DNA of 64,000 nt. Origin: Candidatus Methylomirabilia bacterium (lineage in GTDB: Bacteria > Methylomirabilota > Methylomirabilia > Rokubacteriales > CSP1-6). Where the stretch lies: contig JBGQEL010000013.1 of the NCBI GenBank assembly GCA_041496385.1, positions 1 through 64,000 of the forward strand, written 5' to 3'. The translations under genes were made by a program, and so were the position numbers. Below, one piece after another: positions 55,912-64,000 of this stretch. Below the pieces are notes generated by a model. It saw only the letters and a list, made by a program, of their open reading frames with translations. It ran no database searches and had not been told where the DNA came from. Position 1 is the stretch's first letter. Every line of letters begins with the position of its first letter.

Positions 55912-56607
55912 TCAGCGCGCGTGGCGCTGCTGGATCGTGGTGAGCGCCCAGTTCACGAGGAAGATCAGGACGAGCAGCAGGACGGAGAGCGCGATCGCGA
56001 CGTCGAAGTTGCCCTTGCCGGTCTCGAGCACCATCGCGGTCGTCAGCGTGCGCGTCGAGCCCTTGATGTTCCCGCCGACCATCATCGAGGCGCCGATCTC
56101 CGAGATGATACCGCCGAAGCCGGCCATGACCGCGGCGAGCATCGGCAGGCGCGCCTCGCGCAGCACGACCCACACCATCTGGGCGCGCGAGGCGCCGAGC
56201 GCCAGGAGCTGGAGCCTGAACTCCCGCGGCACCTGCCCGACCGCGGCGAGCGTGATGCCGGTCACGATCGGCGCGGCGATGACCGCCTGCGCGGTTACGA
56301 TGGCCGCAGGCGTGTAGAGCACCTCCCAGGCGCCGAGCGGCCCGCTGCGCCACAGGAGGAGCGTCACGAAGAGCCCGACGACGACGGGCGGCAGGCCCAT
56401 CCCCGTGTTCACGACGCTGACGACGAGGCCGCGCCCCGGGAAGCGCCCGAGCGCGAGCGCCGCGCCGGCGGGAATGCCGAGCGCGAGCGAGATCAGCGTG
56501 GCGCTGCCGGAGACCTGCAGCGAGAGCCAGAGGATGCCCCAGATCTCCGGATCCGCGCCGGCCAGCAGCGCGACCGCCTGGACGATGCCGCTCCAGACGA
56601 GATCCAC
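55912..56607 (-). CDS. tupB: tungstate ABC permease
   Basis: NTGMGLPPVVVGL, GPLG, SEIGASMMVGGNIKGSTRTLTT. Confidence 0.88.
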   Translation of the reverse strand: MDLVWSGIVQAVALLAGADPEIWGILWLSLQVSGSATLISLALGIPAGAALALGRFPGRGLVVSVVNTGMGLPPVVVGLFVTLLLWRSGPLGAWEVLYTPAAIVTAQAVIAAPIVTGITLAAVGQVPREFRLQLLALGASRAQMVWVVLREARLPMLAAVMAGFGGIISEIGASMMVGGNIKGSTRTLTTAMVLETGKGNFDVAIALSVLLLVLIFLVNWALTTIQQRHAR

Positions 56608-56610
56608 CGG

Positions 56611-57438
56611 CTAGAAGTCCTCGTCCTTCTTGCCGGCGATGGGCACGAAGAGCGCCTGGCCGTACTTCTCGAGGCCGAAGGTCTTGATGACCGCCTGGAC
56701 CTCCGGCGAGAGCACGAACTCGGCGAAGGCGCGGCCGGCGGCGCCGTTCACGCGCGGACCGTTCGCCGGGTTGACCTCCATGACGGAGTAGATGTTGAGC
56801 AGGGAGCGGTCGCCCTCGACCATGATCTGGAGCTTCACGCGCTTGCCGAAGGCCAGGAGCGTGGCCCGGTCGCTGATCGTGTACGCCTGGCGATCGTCGG
56901 CGATCCCGAGCGTCGCGCCCATCCCCTGCCCGGACTCGATGTACCAGGGCGCGGCGGGCGTCACCCCCGCCTGCTTCCACAGGGCCAGCTCGAGCGTATT
57001 CGTGCCGGACTTGTCGCCGCGCGAGACGAATCGCGCGCCGGCCGCGGCGACGCGCTTGAGCGCCTCGAGCGCCCGCTTCTCGCCACGGATCTTCGCCGGA
57101 TCGGCCTCCGGGCCGATCACGACGAAGTCGTTGTACATGACGAGGCGACGGTTCAGGAGCTTGCCCTCCGCGACGTACTTCTTCTCGACCTCGGGCGCGT
57201 GGGCGAGCGTCACGTCCGCCTCGCCGCGCGCGGCGAGCGCGAGCGCCTGGCCCGTGCCGACCGAGATCGTCTTCACGGTGTAACCCGTCCGCGTCTCGAA
57301 CATCGGCACCAGGACGTCGAGGAGCCCCGAGTCCTGCGTGGACGTCGTCGTGGACAGGATCACGACCTTCGACTGCGCGGCGGCGCCGCTCCCGAGGCCC
57401 AGGAGCGCCAGCGCGGCGACGATCGGGCGTATGCTCAT
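56611..57438 (-). CDS. tupA: tungstate-binding protein
   Basis: TTTSTQDSGLL signature, GTGQAL, HAP..E, MYNDF, SRGDKSGT, DRAT; SD GGAGG. Confidence 0.92.
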   Translation of the reverse strand: MSIRPIVAALALLGLGSGAAAQSKVVILSTTTSTQDSGLLDVLVPMFETRTGYTVKTISVGTGQALALAARGEADVTLAHAPEVEKKYVAEGKLLNRRLVMYNDFVVIGPEADPAKIRGEKRALEALKRVAAAGARFVSRGDKSGTNTLELALWKQAGVTPAAPWYIESGQGMGATLGIADDRQAYTISDRATLLAFGKRVKLQIMVEGDRSLLNIYSVMEVNPANGPRVNGAAGRAFAEFVLSPEVQAVIKTFGLEKYGQALFVPIAGKKDEDF

Positions 57439-57451
57439 CGTTCCCTCCACC

Positions 57452-57479
57452 TTCGCTATGCCTTGGAGAGCATAACGAT
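57452..57479. promoter_or_regulatory. ModE-type molybdate/tungstate operator
   Basis: TTCGCTATG-CCTTGGAGAG-CATAACGAT: CGCTAT-N12-ATAACG, matching the ModE box pattern and spacing, directly upstream of tupA. Confidence 0.75.
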
Positions 57480-57581
57480 ACGCGATGGGCATGGCGCCGC
57501 GCAACGGGCCGCCGGCGCGCTTGCGTTTCGCGGGAATCCGGCTAAGCTTCGCCGCATCCGACCGATCAGGAGGGACCCCCC

Positions 57582-58112
57582 ATGGCCGACGACCGAAAAG
57601 GCGCCGTCACGCTCCGCGGCAATCCCATCACGCTCGGCGGGCCGGAGCTCAAGCCCGGCCAGAGCGCGCCCGACTTCACCGCGCTCGACAACGGGCTCCA
57701 GCCCGTCAAGCTGAGCGGCGCGAAGGGCAAGGTGATCGTCCTCAGCTCGGTGCCCTCGCTCGACACGCCCACCTGTGACACCGAGACGCGGCGGTTCAAC
57801 CAGGAGGCGGGGAAGCTCGGCGGCGGCGTCGAGGTCTGGACGATCAGCCGCGACCTGCCCTTCGCCCAGAAGCGCTGGTGCGGCGCCGCGGGCGTCACGA
57901 GCGTCAAGACGCTCTCCGACTTCCGCGAGCGCGCCTTCGGGCCGGCCTACGGCGTGGAGATCAAGGACGGGCCGATCGCCGGGCTCGTCGCGCGCGCGGT
58001 GTTCGTCGTGGGCAAGGACGGCACCCTCAAGCACGTCGAGTACGTGAAGGAGATTGCGAGCGAGCCGAACTACGACGCGGCGCTGGCCGCGGCGAAGTCG
58101 GCGGCGGGCTAG
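57582..58112 (+). CDS. tpx: thiol peroxidase
   Basis: SVPSLDTPTC, DLPFAQKRWC, ARAVFV, EPNYDAAL. Confidence 0.95.
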   Translation: MADDRKGAVTLRGNPITLGGPELKPGQSAPDFTALDNGLQPVKLSGAKGKVIVLSSVPSLDTPTCDTETRRFNQEAGKLGGGVEVWTISRDLPFAQKRWCGAAGVTSVKTLSDFRERAFGPAYGVEIKDGPIAGLVARAVFVVGKDGTLKHVEYVKEIASEPNYDAALAAAKSAAG

Positions 58113-58131
58113 AGGCCGGCGCGCCGGAGGC

Positions 58132-59058
58132 TCAGGGCCGGCCGTCGAAGACGACGGTCACGGGCGTCGCGTAGCGGCCCTTCGCCGACTCCATGATCTG
58201 CATGGCCGGACGCCCGATCGTCAGCGTGATCTTCTCCGCGCCCTCGGGGAGGACGACGTGGGCGCCGTAGTGGAAACCTCCGGCCCCGACCATCGGCGCG
58301 AGCTTCACGGTCCGCGCCGGCTTGCCCGGGGCGCGGATCGTCGCGGTGACCGGCAGGTAGGGAACGGGCGCGCCGCTTCCGCGGTCGGTAACGAAGACCA
58401 TCAGGTGGCCGGGCGCAGCCACGGGCGCGACGTGGCCCGCGTGATCGCCGTGCGCCTTGTCCCCGCCCTTGTACTCGAGCCGTACTGTGTAATCGCCCGC
58501 GGTCCGCTCGGCAGGCGCCGCGCCGTGATCGTGGTGATCGCCGCCGGCCTCCGCCAGGCTCTTCAGGTATGCGACGAGATCGGTCAGCTGCGAGACGCTG
58601 AGGCTGTCGGCGAAGCTCGGCATGATCGAGCGCCCGTCGGGTCCGGTGAAGCCCGGCCCGGCGAGGATTACCGCGTCGGGCGCGATGATCGACTCGGCGA
58701 AGTACTCGGCCGGATGGTGCCCGCCCATGCCCGTCAGCTCGGGGCCGACGTTCCTGGCGTCGCCCGACGGGGGAAGGCCCTCGCCCTTCACCGCGTGGCA
58801 CTTGTAGCACTCGAGCTCGCGGAAGAGCGCGCGCCCCTTGGCCGCGTCGCCGGCGGGCAGCGTGAACTTCCAGCCGGGCGGCACGCCGCCGCTCTTGTGG
58901 AGCTCCTCCATCGTGTAGGTTCGCGGTGCGCCGGCGGGGGCCTGGGCCGCCGCGGCGCCGTGGCCCGCGTGCTGGGCGCGCGCGGCCGGGGGCAGGATAG
59001 AGAGCGCGCCCAGCGCGAGCGCCGCGAACACGAGCGGCCCCTTCGCCTGCATGATCAT
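58132..59058 (-). CDS. exported c-type cytochrome fused to a P19/Tp34 (FetP)-like metal-binding domain
   Basis: Signal peptide; CYKCH, GPELT, distal MP; His-rich linkers; VPYL...LAPMVGAGGFHYGAHV. Confidence 0.7.
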   Translation of the reverse strand: MIMQAKGPLVFAALALGALSILPPAARAQHAGHGAAAAQAPAGAPRTYTMEELHKSGGVPPGWKFTLPAGDAAKGRALFRELECYKCHAVKGEGLPPSGDARNVGPELTGMGGHHPAEYFAESIIAPDAVILAGPGFTGPDGRSIMPSFADSLSVSQLTDLVAYLKSLAEAGGDHHDHGAAPAERTAGDYTVRLEYKGGDKAHGDHAGHVAPVAAPGHLMVFVTDRGSGAPVPYLPVTATIRAPGKPARTVKLAPMVGAGGFHYGAHVVLPEGAEKITLTIGRPAMQIMESAKGRYATPVTVVFDGRP

Positions 59059-59065
59059 GGCCCGA

Positions 59066-60685
59066 TCACAGGCGCTTCGGGGGCTCGCGCCGGACGAGGG
59101 CGATCGGCCGGAGCGCCAGGTGATCGCTCATGAGGACCTCGAGGCGGCCGCGGGCTCCGCTTTCGGCGAGCGCGCCCTCGGTCACGATCGCGACCGCGGG
59201 CGCCTGGCCCGACATGATCCGCTCGAGGTCGTGGGTGGTCTCGACGGCGATGACGCGCCGGTTGAAATAGAACGACAGCGGCAGCTCCGGCACCCCCCAC
59301 GCCGCGACGACCGACGCCTGCCGCAGCGCGGGCTCCATCTGCTGGGAGACGCGCGGGAAGTCGTTCGCCGCGTTGAACCGCGCGAGCTCCCACTGGTACG
59401 CGCCGACGACGAAGACGGCGCTCCCGAGCCAGGCGACGGCGAATGCGCGGCCGATCCGGTCGCGACGCACGCCCCAGGCGAGCGCGCCCAGCATCACCGC
59501 CAGGCCACCGCCCAGAATGACGACCTCGAGCGCCGACGACGGCATCGAGATCGCCGCGTCGCGCGGCAGGCCGCCGTGGGCGGCGAGGACGCCAGCGCCC
59601 GTCAGGATCACGAGGACCGCCGCGACCGCGTACACCCGCCACGGCCGGCGCGGAAGGCCCTGACGGAGCGGGACGGCGACGGCGAGCCACCATGCGATCA
59701 GCAGCGCGACGGGCGGCAGGAGCGGCAGGTAGTAACGCAGCCGCTGCTGGCGCGAGACCCCGACGATCACGAGCGTCACGAGGCTCCACAGCAGGAGGAA
59801 CCGGAGGCGCTCGCGCCCGGGCCCGCCGGCCCGGCCCGCGCGCACCGCCTGGACGATCGCAACGGGGATGAGCAGCACCCACGGGAACAGGATGCCAAAG
59901 CTGTTCCGGAGCGGTGAGGTCACCGACTTCCAGCTGAGCGTGGTCGGCAGGTACCACATGAGGTGGTCGACCAGGACGGCGTTGCGGAGCGCGGCGCGGT
60001 CGGTCTCGAAGCCCATCAGCCACCAGGGCGCGATCAGCAGGGCCAGCCAGCCGAGCCCTGGCGCGAGCCGGAGCCGGCGCCAGGCGCCGGCGCGCCCCTC
60101 GGCGATCGCCCAGCCGAGCGCGACCGCGAGCGGCAGGAAGCCGGCGGGACCCTTCGCCCAGAACGCGAGCGCGGTGAAGCCGTAGAAGCCGAGCCAGTGG
60201 CGCGGCCGCGCGCCGTCCTGGGTCATCCGCCAGAACTGCCAGATGGCCTGCGTGATGAAGAGCGTCATCAGCATGTCCGGCAGCGGGAGCCGCGCCTGGA
60301 GGAAGAAGCCCTGCGTGGCGACGGCGATGAGCGCGGCGTACCGGCCCGTCTCGGGTCCGAAGAGATCGCGGCCGAGCGCGTACACCGTGAACGCCACGGC
60401 GATCCCGGCCAGCGCCGAGGGAAGCGCCGCGGTGAACTGGCTCACCTGGCCGGTGGGCCACGAGGCCGCCGCGATCAGCCAGGCCAGCAGCGCGGGCTTG
60501 TTGTAGTACGTCACGCCGTTCAGCTCGGGAAAGAGGCGCAGGCCGTGCGAGAGGACGTCCTGCGCGAGCACGGCGAAGCGCGCGTCGTCGTTGTTCGCGA
60601 AGATCCTCCGGCCCAGCTCGACGCCGACCATGAACGGCGCGGTGACGGCGATCCAGAGGAGCTGTCGCGAGACGCGGGCGCTCAT
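59066..60685 (-). CDS. ArnT/PMT-family (GT39/GT83) membrane glycosyltransferase
   Basis: DDARFA, YYNKPALL.W, DM, KGP.G, RYYLPL.P; many TM segments. Confidence 0.85.
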   Translation of the reverse strand: MSARVSRQLLWIAVTAPFMVGVELGRRIFANNDDARFAVLAQDVLSHGLRLFPELNGVTYYNKPALLAWLIAAASWPTGQVSQFTAALPSALAGIAVAFTVYALGRDLFGPETGRYAALIAVATQGFFLQARLPLPDMLMTLFITQAIWQFWRMTQDGARPRHWLGFYGFTALAFWAKGPAGFLPLAVALGWAIAEGRAGAWRRLRLAPGLGWLALLIAPWWLMGFETDRAALRNAVLVDHLMWYLPTTLSWKSVTSPLRNSFGILFPWVLLIPVAIVQAVRAGRAGGPGRERLRFLLLWSLVTLVIVGVSRQQRLRYYLPLLPPVALLIAWWLAVAVPLRQGLPRRPWRVYAVAAVLVILTGAGVLAAHGGLPRDAAISMPSSALEVVILGGGLAVMLGALAWGVRRDRIGRAFAVAWLGSAVFVVGAYQWELARFNAANDFPRVSQQMEPALRQASVVAAWGVPELPLSFYFNRRVIAVETTHDLERIMSGQAPAVAIVTEGALAESGARGRLEVLMSDHLALRPIALVRREPPKRL

Positions 60686-62283
60686 GCGCGCGCGAGCACG
60701 CGGCCGCCGCCGGCCGCGCGGAATCGACCGCCGTCCACGACGAGGCCGCCGTTCACGACGACGTAGGGGATGCCGGTGGGATAGCGATGGGGCTCGGCGT
60801 AGGTCGCCTCGTCCTTCACGGTGGCCGGATCGAAGACCGTCAGGTCCGCGACGGCACCCTCGCGCACGACACCGCGGTCGCGGAGGCCGATGCGGGCGGC
60901 CGGCATGCCCGTCATCTTGTGCACGGCCGTCTCGAGCGGGAAGATGCGCCGCTCGCGCGCGTACTCGCCGAGGACGCGCGGGAAGGTGCCGTAGGTGCGC
61001 GGATGCGGCTTGCCCGGACGATCGCCGTCGCCCTCGTAGAGGGGGATCGAGTCCGAGCCGATCATCAGCGACGGATGCGCCAGCACCTTGGCCACGTTCT
61101 CGATGCTCTGCGAGAAGCTGACCATGCCGACGGTGCACTTCTCGTCCAGCAGCAGGTTCATCAACGCCTCGGCGGGTGCCAGGCCCGACTGGCGGGCGAT
61201 CTGGGCCAGGCTCAGGCCCTCCAGCTCGCGCCGGCGGCAGGTGGCGACGAAGACCTGGTCGAATCCGATTCCGCCCTGCGACACCGTGCCCCAGCGCTCA
61301 CCGTCGATCAGGCACTCCTCGACGATGCGCCGCCGCATCGGGCGGTCGGCCAGGCGCTCGAGCAGCTTCGCCGTCCCCCCGTCGTGGGCCCAGGCCGGCA
61401 TCATGTTGTCGAGCTTGGTGCTGCCGGCGTTGTACGGATAGACGTCGCCCAGTACGTCCACGCCGCGCGCCCGCGCTGTCTCGAACAGGCGCAGCGCGGC
61501 GTCGATCTTCGGCCAGTTCTCGCGGCCGGAGGCCTTCACGTGCGAGACCTGGACGGCGACGCCGCCCTCCTCGCCGATGCGGATCGCCTCGTTGATGGAG
61601 TCGAGCAGCATCGAGGACTCGCCGCGGATATGGGAGAAATAGTAGCCGCCGCGGGGGGCCATCTCCCGGGCCAGCGCGATCAGCTCCCCGGTGTCGGAGT
61701 AGGCGCTGGGCGCGTACACCAGCCCCGTCGAGAAGCCAAACGCGCCGGCGTCCAGGGCCTCGCCGAGCAGCCGCTGCATCGCCTTGACGTCGTCGGCGCC
61801 GGCCGGACGCGCCTCGAACCCCATGGCCGCGATCCGCAGGGCGCCGTGGCCAACGAAGTGCGCGATGTTGACCGACGGGCGGACCGCCCGCAGCGCGTCG
61901 AGGTACTGCGCGAACGTCTCCGCCTTCAGGTCCAGGTCGGCCCCGATGCCGCCGGCCCAGCCCCGCACGAGCTCGCGCTGGTCTCTGCGCATCGGCGCCT
62001 GCGAGAACGAGCACATCCCGACGACTTCCGTCGTCACGCCCTGCCTCACCTTCGACTCCGCCGACGGGCAGGCGAAGTAGAAGAGGTCGGAGTGCGAGTG
62101 CATGTCGATGAACCCTGGCGCCACCACGTGACCCGCGGCGTCGATGACGCGGTCGGCCTCGCCGGCGAGCCGGGGCGCGACGGCCACGATCCGGTCGCCC
62201 TCGACCGCGACGTCCGCCGCGCGCGCGGGCGCGCCGGTGCCGTCGACCAGCATGCCGTTGCGAAAGAGCAGCGACCAAGCCAT
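60682..62283 (-). CDS. N-acyl-D-amino-acid deacylase
   Basis: PGFIDMHSHSD, QGVTT, STGLVYAP, HIR, SHVK, DVYPY, GSD, HPRTYGTFPR. Confidence 0.9.
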   Translation of the reverse strand: MAWSLLFRNGMLVDGTGAPARAADVAVEGDRIVAVAPRLAGEADRVIDAAGHVVAPGFIDMHSHSDLFYFACPSAESKVRQGVTTEVVGMCSFSQAPMRRDQRELVRGWAGGIGADLDLKAETFAQYLDALRAVRPSVNIAHFVGHGALRIAAMGFEARPAGADDVKAMQRLLGEALDAGAFGFSTGLVYAPSAYSDTGELIALAREMAPRGGYYFSHIRGESSMLLDSINEAIRIGEEGGVAVQVSHVKASGRENWPKIDAALRLFETARARGVDVLGDVYPYNAGSTKLDNMMPAWAHDGGTAKLLERLADRPMRRRIVEECLIDGERWGTVSQGGIGFDQVFVATCRRRELEGLSLAQIARQSGLAPAEALMNLLLDEKCTVGMVSFSQSIENVAKVLAHPSLMIGSDSIPLYEGDGDRPGKPHPRTYGTFPRVLGEYARERRIFPLETAVHKMTGMPAARIGLRDRGVVREGAVADLTVFDPATVKDEATYAEPHRYPTGIPYVVVNGGLVVDGGRFRAAGGGRVLARA

Positions 62284-62286
62284 GCG

Positions 62287-62721
62287 CTACGCCTCGACGA
62301 TCGTCACCGATTTCATGGGGTCTCCCTGCGCGATCCGGTCCACCAGCTCCATGCCGGCGACGACCCGGCCGAAGACGGTGTAGTTGCCGTCGAGGTGCGG
62401 CGTGGCGCCGTAGCAGATGTAGAACTGGCTGCCCGCCGAGTCCGGGGCCTGGCTGCGCGCCATCGCCACCGACCCGCGGAGGTGCTTCTGCGTGTTGAAC
62501 TCCGCCTTGATCTGGTAGCCGGGGCCGCCGGTGCCGTTGCCCTTCGGGCAGCCGCCCTGGACGACGAAGTCCGGCACGACGCGGTGAAACGTGAGCCCGT
62601 CGTAGAAGCCCTTCTTGGCGAGCGTCACGAAGTTCTCGACCGTCTTCGGCGCGTCGGCCGGGTAGAACTCCAGCCGGATCTCGCCGCCCTTCGCGAGCTC
62701 GATGACCACCGTCTGCTTCAC
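62287..62721 (-). CDS. cyclophilin-type peptidyl-prolyl isomerase (cytoplasmic)
   Basis: APKTVENF, FHRVV, QGG, SQFYI, LDGNYTVFGRV. Confidence 0.93.
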   Translation of the reverse strand: MKQTVVIELAKGGEIRLEFYPADAPKTVENFVTLAKKGFYDGLTFHRVVPDFVVQGGCPKGNGTGGPGYQIKAEFNTQKHLRGSVAMARSQAPDSAGSQFYICYGATPHLDGNYTVFGRVVAGMELVDRIAQGDPMKSVTIVEA

Positions 62722-62731
62722 GCGAGGCTCC

Positions 62732-63295
62732 TCACTTTGGGGTGACGATCTTGATGGAGGTGATCCGGTCGCCTTCCTTGATGCGGTCGATCGCGTCCAG
62801 GCCCTTCACGACGCGCCCGAACACGGTGTACTGCAAATCGAGGAACCGCGCCGGCTTCTTCGTGATGTAGAACTGGCTGCTCGCGGAGTCCGGGTCGTCG
62901 CCGCGCGCCATCCCGAGCGCGCCGCGCTCGTGGGGCTGCTTGTTGAACTCCGCCTTGATCGTGTAGCCCGCGCCCCCCGTGCCCACGCGATCGTCGTCCA
63001 TCGGCAGCGTCTTCGTCTGCGGATCGCCGGCCTGGACCACCCAGTCCTCGACCCGGTGGAAGCGCTGGCCGTCGTAGAAGCCCCTCCCCGCGAGCTTCGT
63101 GAAGTTCAGGACGTGCCTCGGCGCGTCGGCCGGGAAGAGCTCGAGCGTGATCTGCCCGCCCTTCGCGAGGGTGATGATCGCCTGCGTCGCCCTCGCCTCG
63201 GCCGGCGCGGGCTTCGCGGGAGCCGTCTGCGCGTGCCCGGGCATCGCGGACACGACCAGCAGGAGCACGGTGAGTGCGAGGGACCGGGGAATCAT
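62732..63295 (-). CDS. cyclophilin-type peptidyl-prolyl isomerase (exported)
   Basis: Signal peptide; FHRV, QAGDP, MAR..DSASSQFYI, YTVFGRV. Confidence 0.92.
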   Translation of the reverse strand: MIPRSLALTVLLLVVSAMPGHAQTAPAKPAPAEARATQAIITLAKGGQITLELFPADAPRHVLNFTKLAGRGFYDGQRFHRVEDWVVQAGDPQTKTLPMDDDRVGTGGAGYTIKAEFNKQPHERGALGMARGDDPDSASSQFYITKKPARFLDLQYTVFGRVVKGLDAIDRIKEGDRITSIKIVTPK

Positions 63296-63314
63296 GCGGG
63301 AAGGCTCATTATAC

Positions 63315-63965
63315 TCAACAACTCACGCCCCACACGCATCGCGAGAACGTCGGCACCAGGATGCTGACGGCGAGGGTGGCGAGCACGAGGAGGAGCGCCG
63401 CCAGCCAGAAGTCGGCCGACCGGAGCAGGTCGCGCCGCCCGTCGCGGACGCCGGGCGGCGGGGGCACCACCTCGCCCTGCTGCGCCGAGTCCAGGTCGGC
63501 CAGGACCCGGCGGATCCGCAGCTGCTCGCCGACGCTCACGCGCACGAAGTAGAGTCCGACCTCCTCCCCGCGCGTCGACCGGACCAGCGCCGCCTCGACG
63601 ACGACCGGGCGTTCCCCCGGCAGCAGGTCCAGCTGGAGCTGCACGGTGCCGCCCTCCGTGAGCGGCTCGCGCAGGCGGGCCGTGCAGGCCTGGAGGGAGA
63701 GCTCGGTCACCTCGCCCGCGACGTGCCCGCGATCGCTGAGGACCGCGAGCGGCGCGCGGACGGCCAGGCGATCGAACTCGCGGCGGTCCACCACCGTCTG
63801 CTTCGTGTAGCGCGCGCCCCACTGGAGGGCTCGGAACCGGCGCGCGCAGAGCTGGCAGCGGAACGGATAGACGTAGACGAGGCTCATCGCCCGCTCGAGG
63901 ATGCCCACCCGGGGGCAGCGGCGCACGCGGACCTGACCGCACTTGGGGCAGCGGAGCGCGCCCAT
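63315..63965 (-). CDS. Zn-ribbon + PilZ-like domain + C-terminal TM protein
   Basis: CPKC...CQLC; DRREFDR (RxxxR); beta-rich domain ending VGLYF; hydrophobic tail. Confidence 0.75.
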   Translation of the reverse strand: MGALRCPKCGQVRVRRCPRVGILERAMSLVYVYPFRCQLCARRFRALQWGARYTKQTVVDRREFDRLAVRAPLAVLSDRGHVAGEVTELSLQACTARLREPLTEGGTVQLQLDLLPGERPVVVEAALVRSTRGEEVGLYFVRVSVGEQLRIRRVLADLDSAQQGEVVPPPPGVRDGRRDLLRSADFWLAALLLVLATLAVSILVPTFSRCVWGVSC

Positions 63966-64000
63966 GCCACGAGGCTACCACCCCGCCGTGGTAGGATGAA

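Noticed and set aside
1..64000. tRNA, rRNA, transposase, integrase, prophage or defence genes
   Set aside because: No recognisable motifs; nearly all sequence is accounted for by housekeeping, metabolic or transport CDS, with no obvious compositional island.

Overview
Very GC-rich bacterial chromosomal segment. Composition and gene repertoire suggest an uncultured soil/aquifer lineage such as Ca. Rokubacteria/Methylomirabilota (inference only). It carries about 60 densely packed, often overlapping CDS: an ECF sigma factor (truncated by the window edge), aroK, tesA-ybbAP, glnD/hisC, an hmgA-like operon, tmk-holB-ricT-metG-tatD, a ~12 kb trehalose/compatible-solute cluster led by a membrane sensor-HAMP-OtsA fusion, a LIV-type ABC system, acuC, moaC, a hybrid tup/mod oxyanion transport operon with a ModE-type box, tpx, and two cyclophilins. 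I saw no rRNA, tRNA, CRISPR array or transposase. The most unusual signals are non-coding. (1) A 55-bp gene-junction repeat supplies the stop codon of one gene and the start codon of the next. (2) A ~105-nt conserved structured core, closed by long, mutually unrelated inverted-repeat arms, occurs twice between convergent genes. (3) An 84-bp repeat family ends directly at start codons. Also notable are apparently leaderless and bidirectional promoters, possible CTG starts, and several unusual fusions (CDP-alcohol phosphotransferase-Slt, cytochrome c-P19-like, Zn-ribbon-PilZ-TM).
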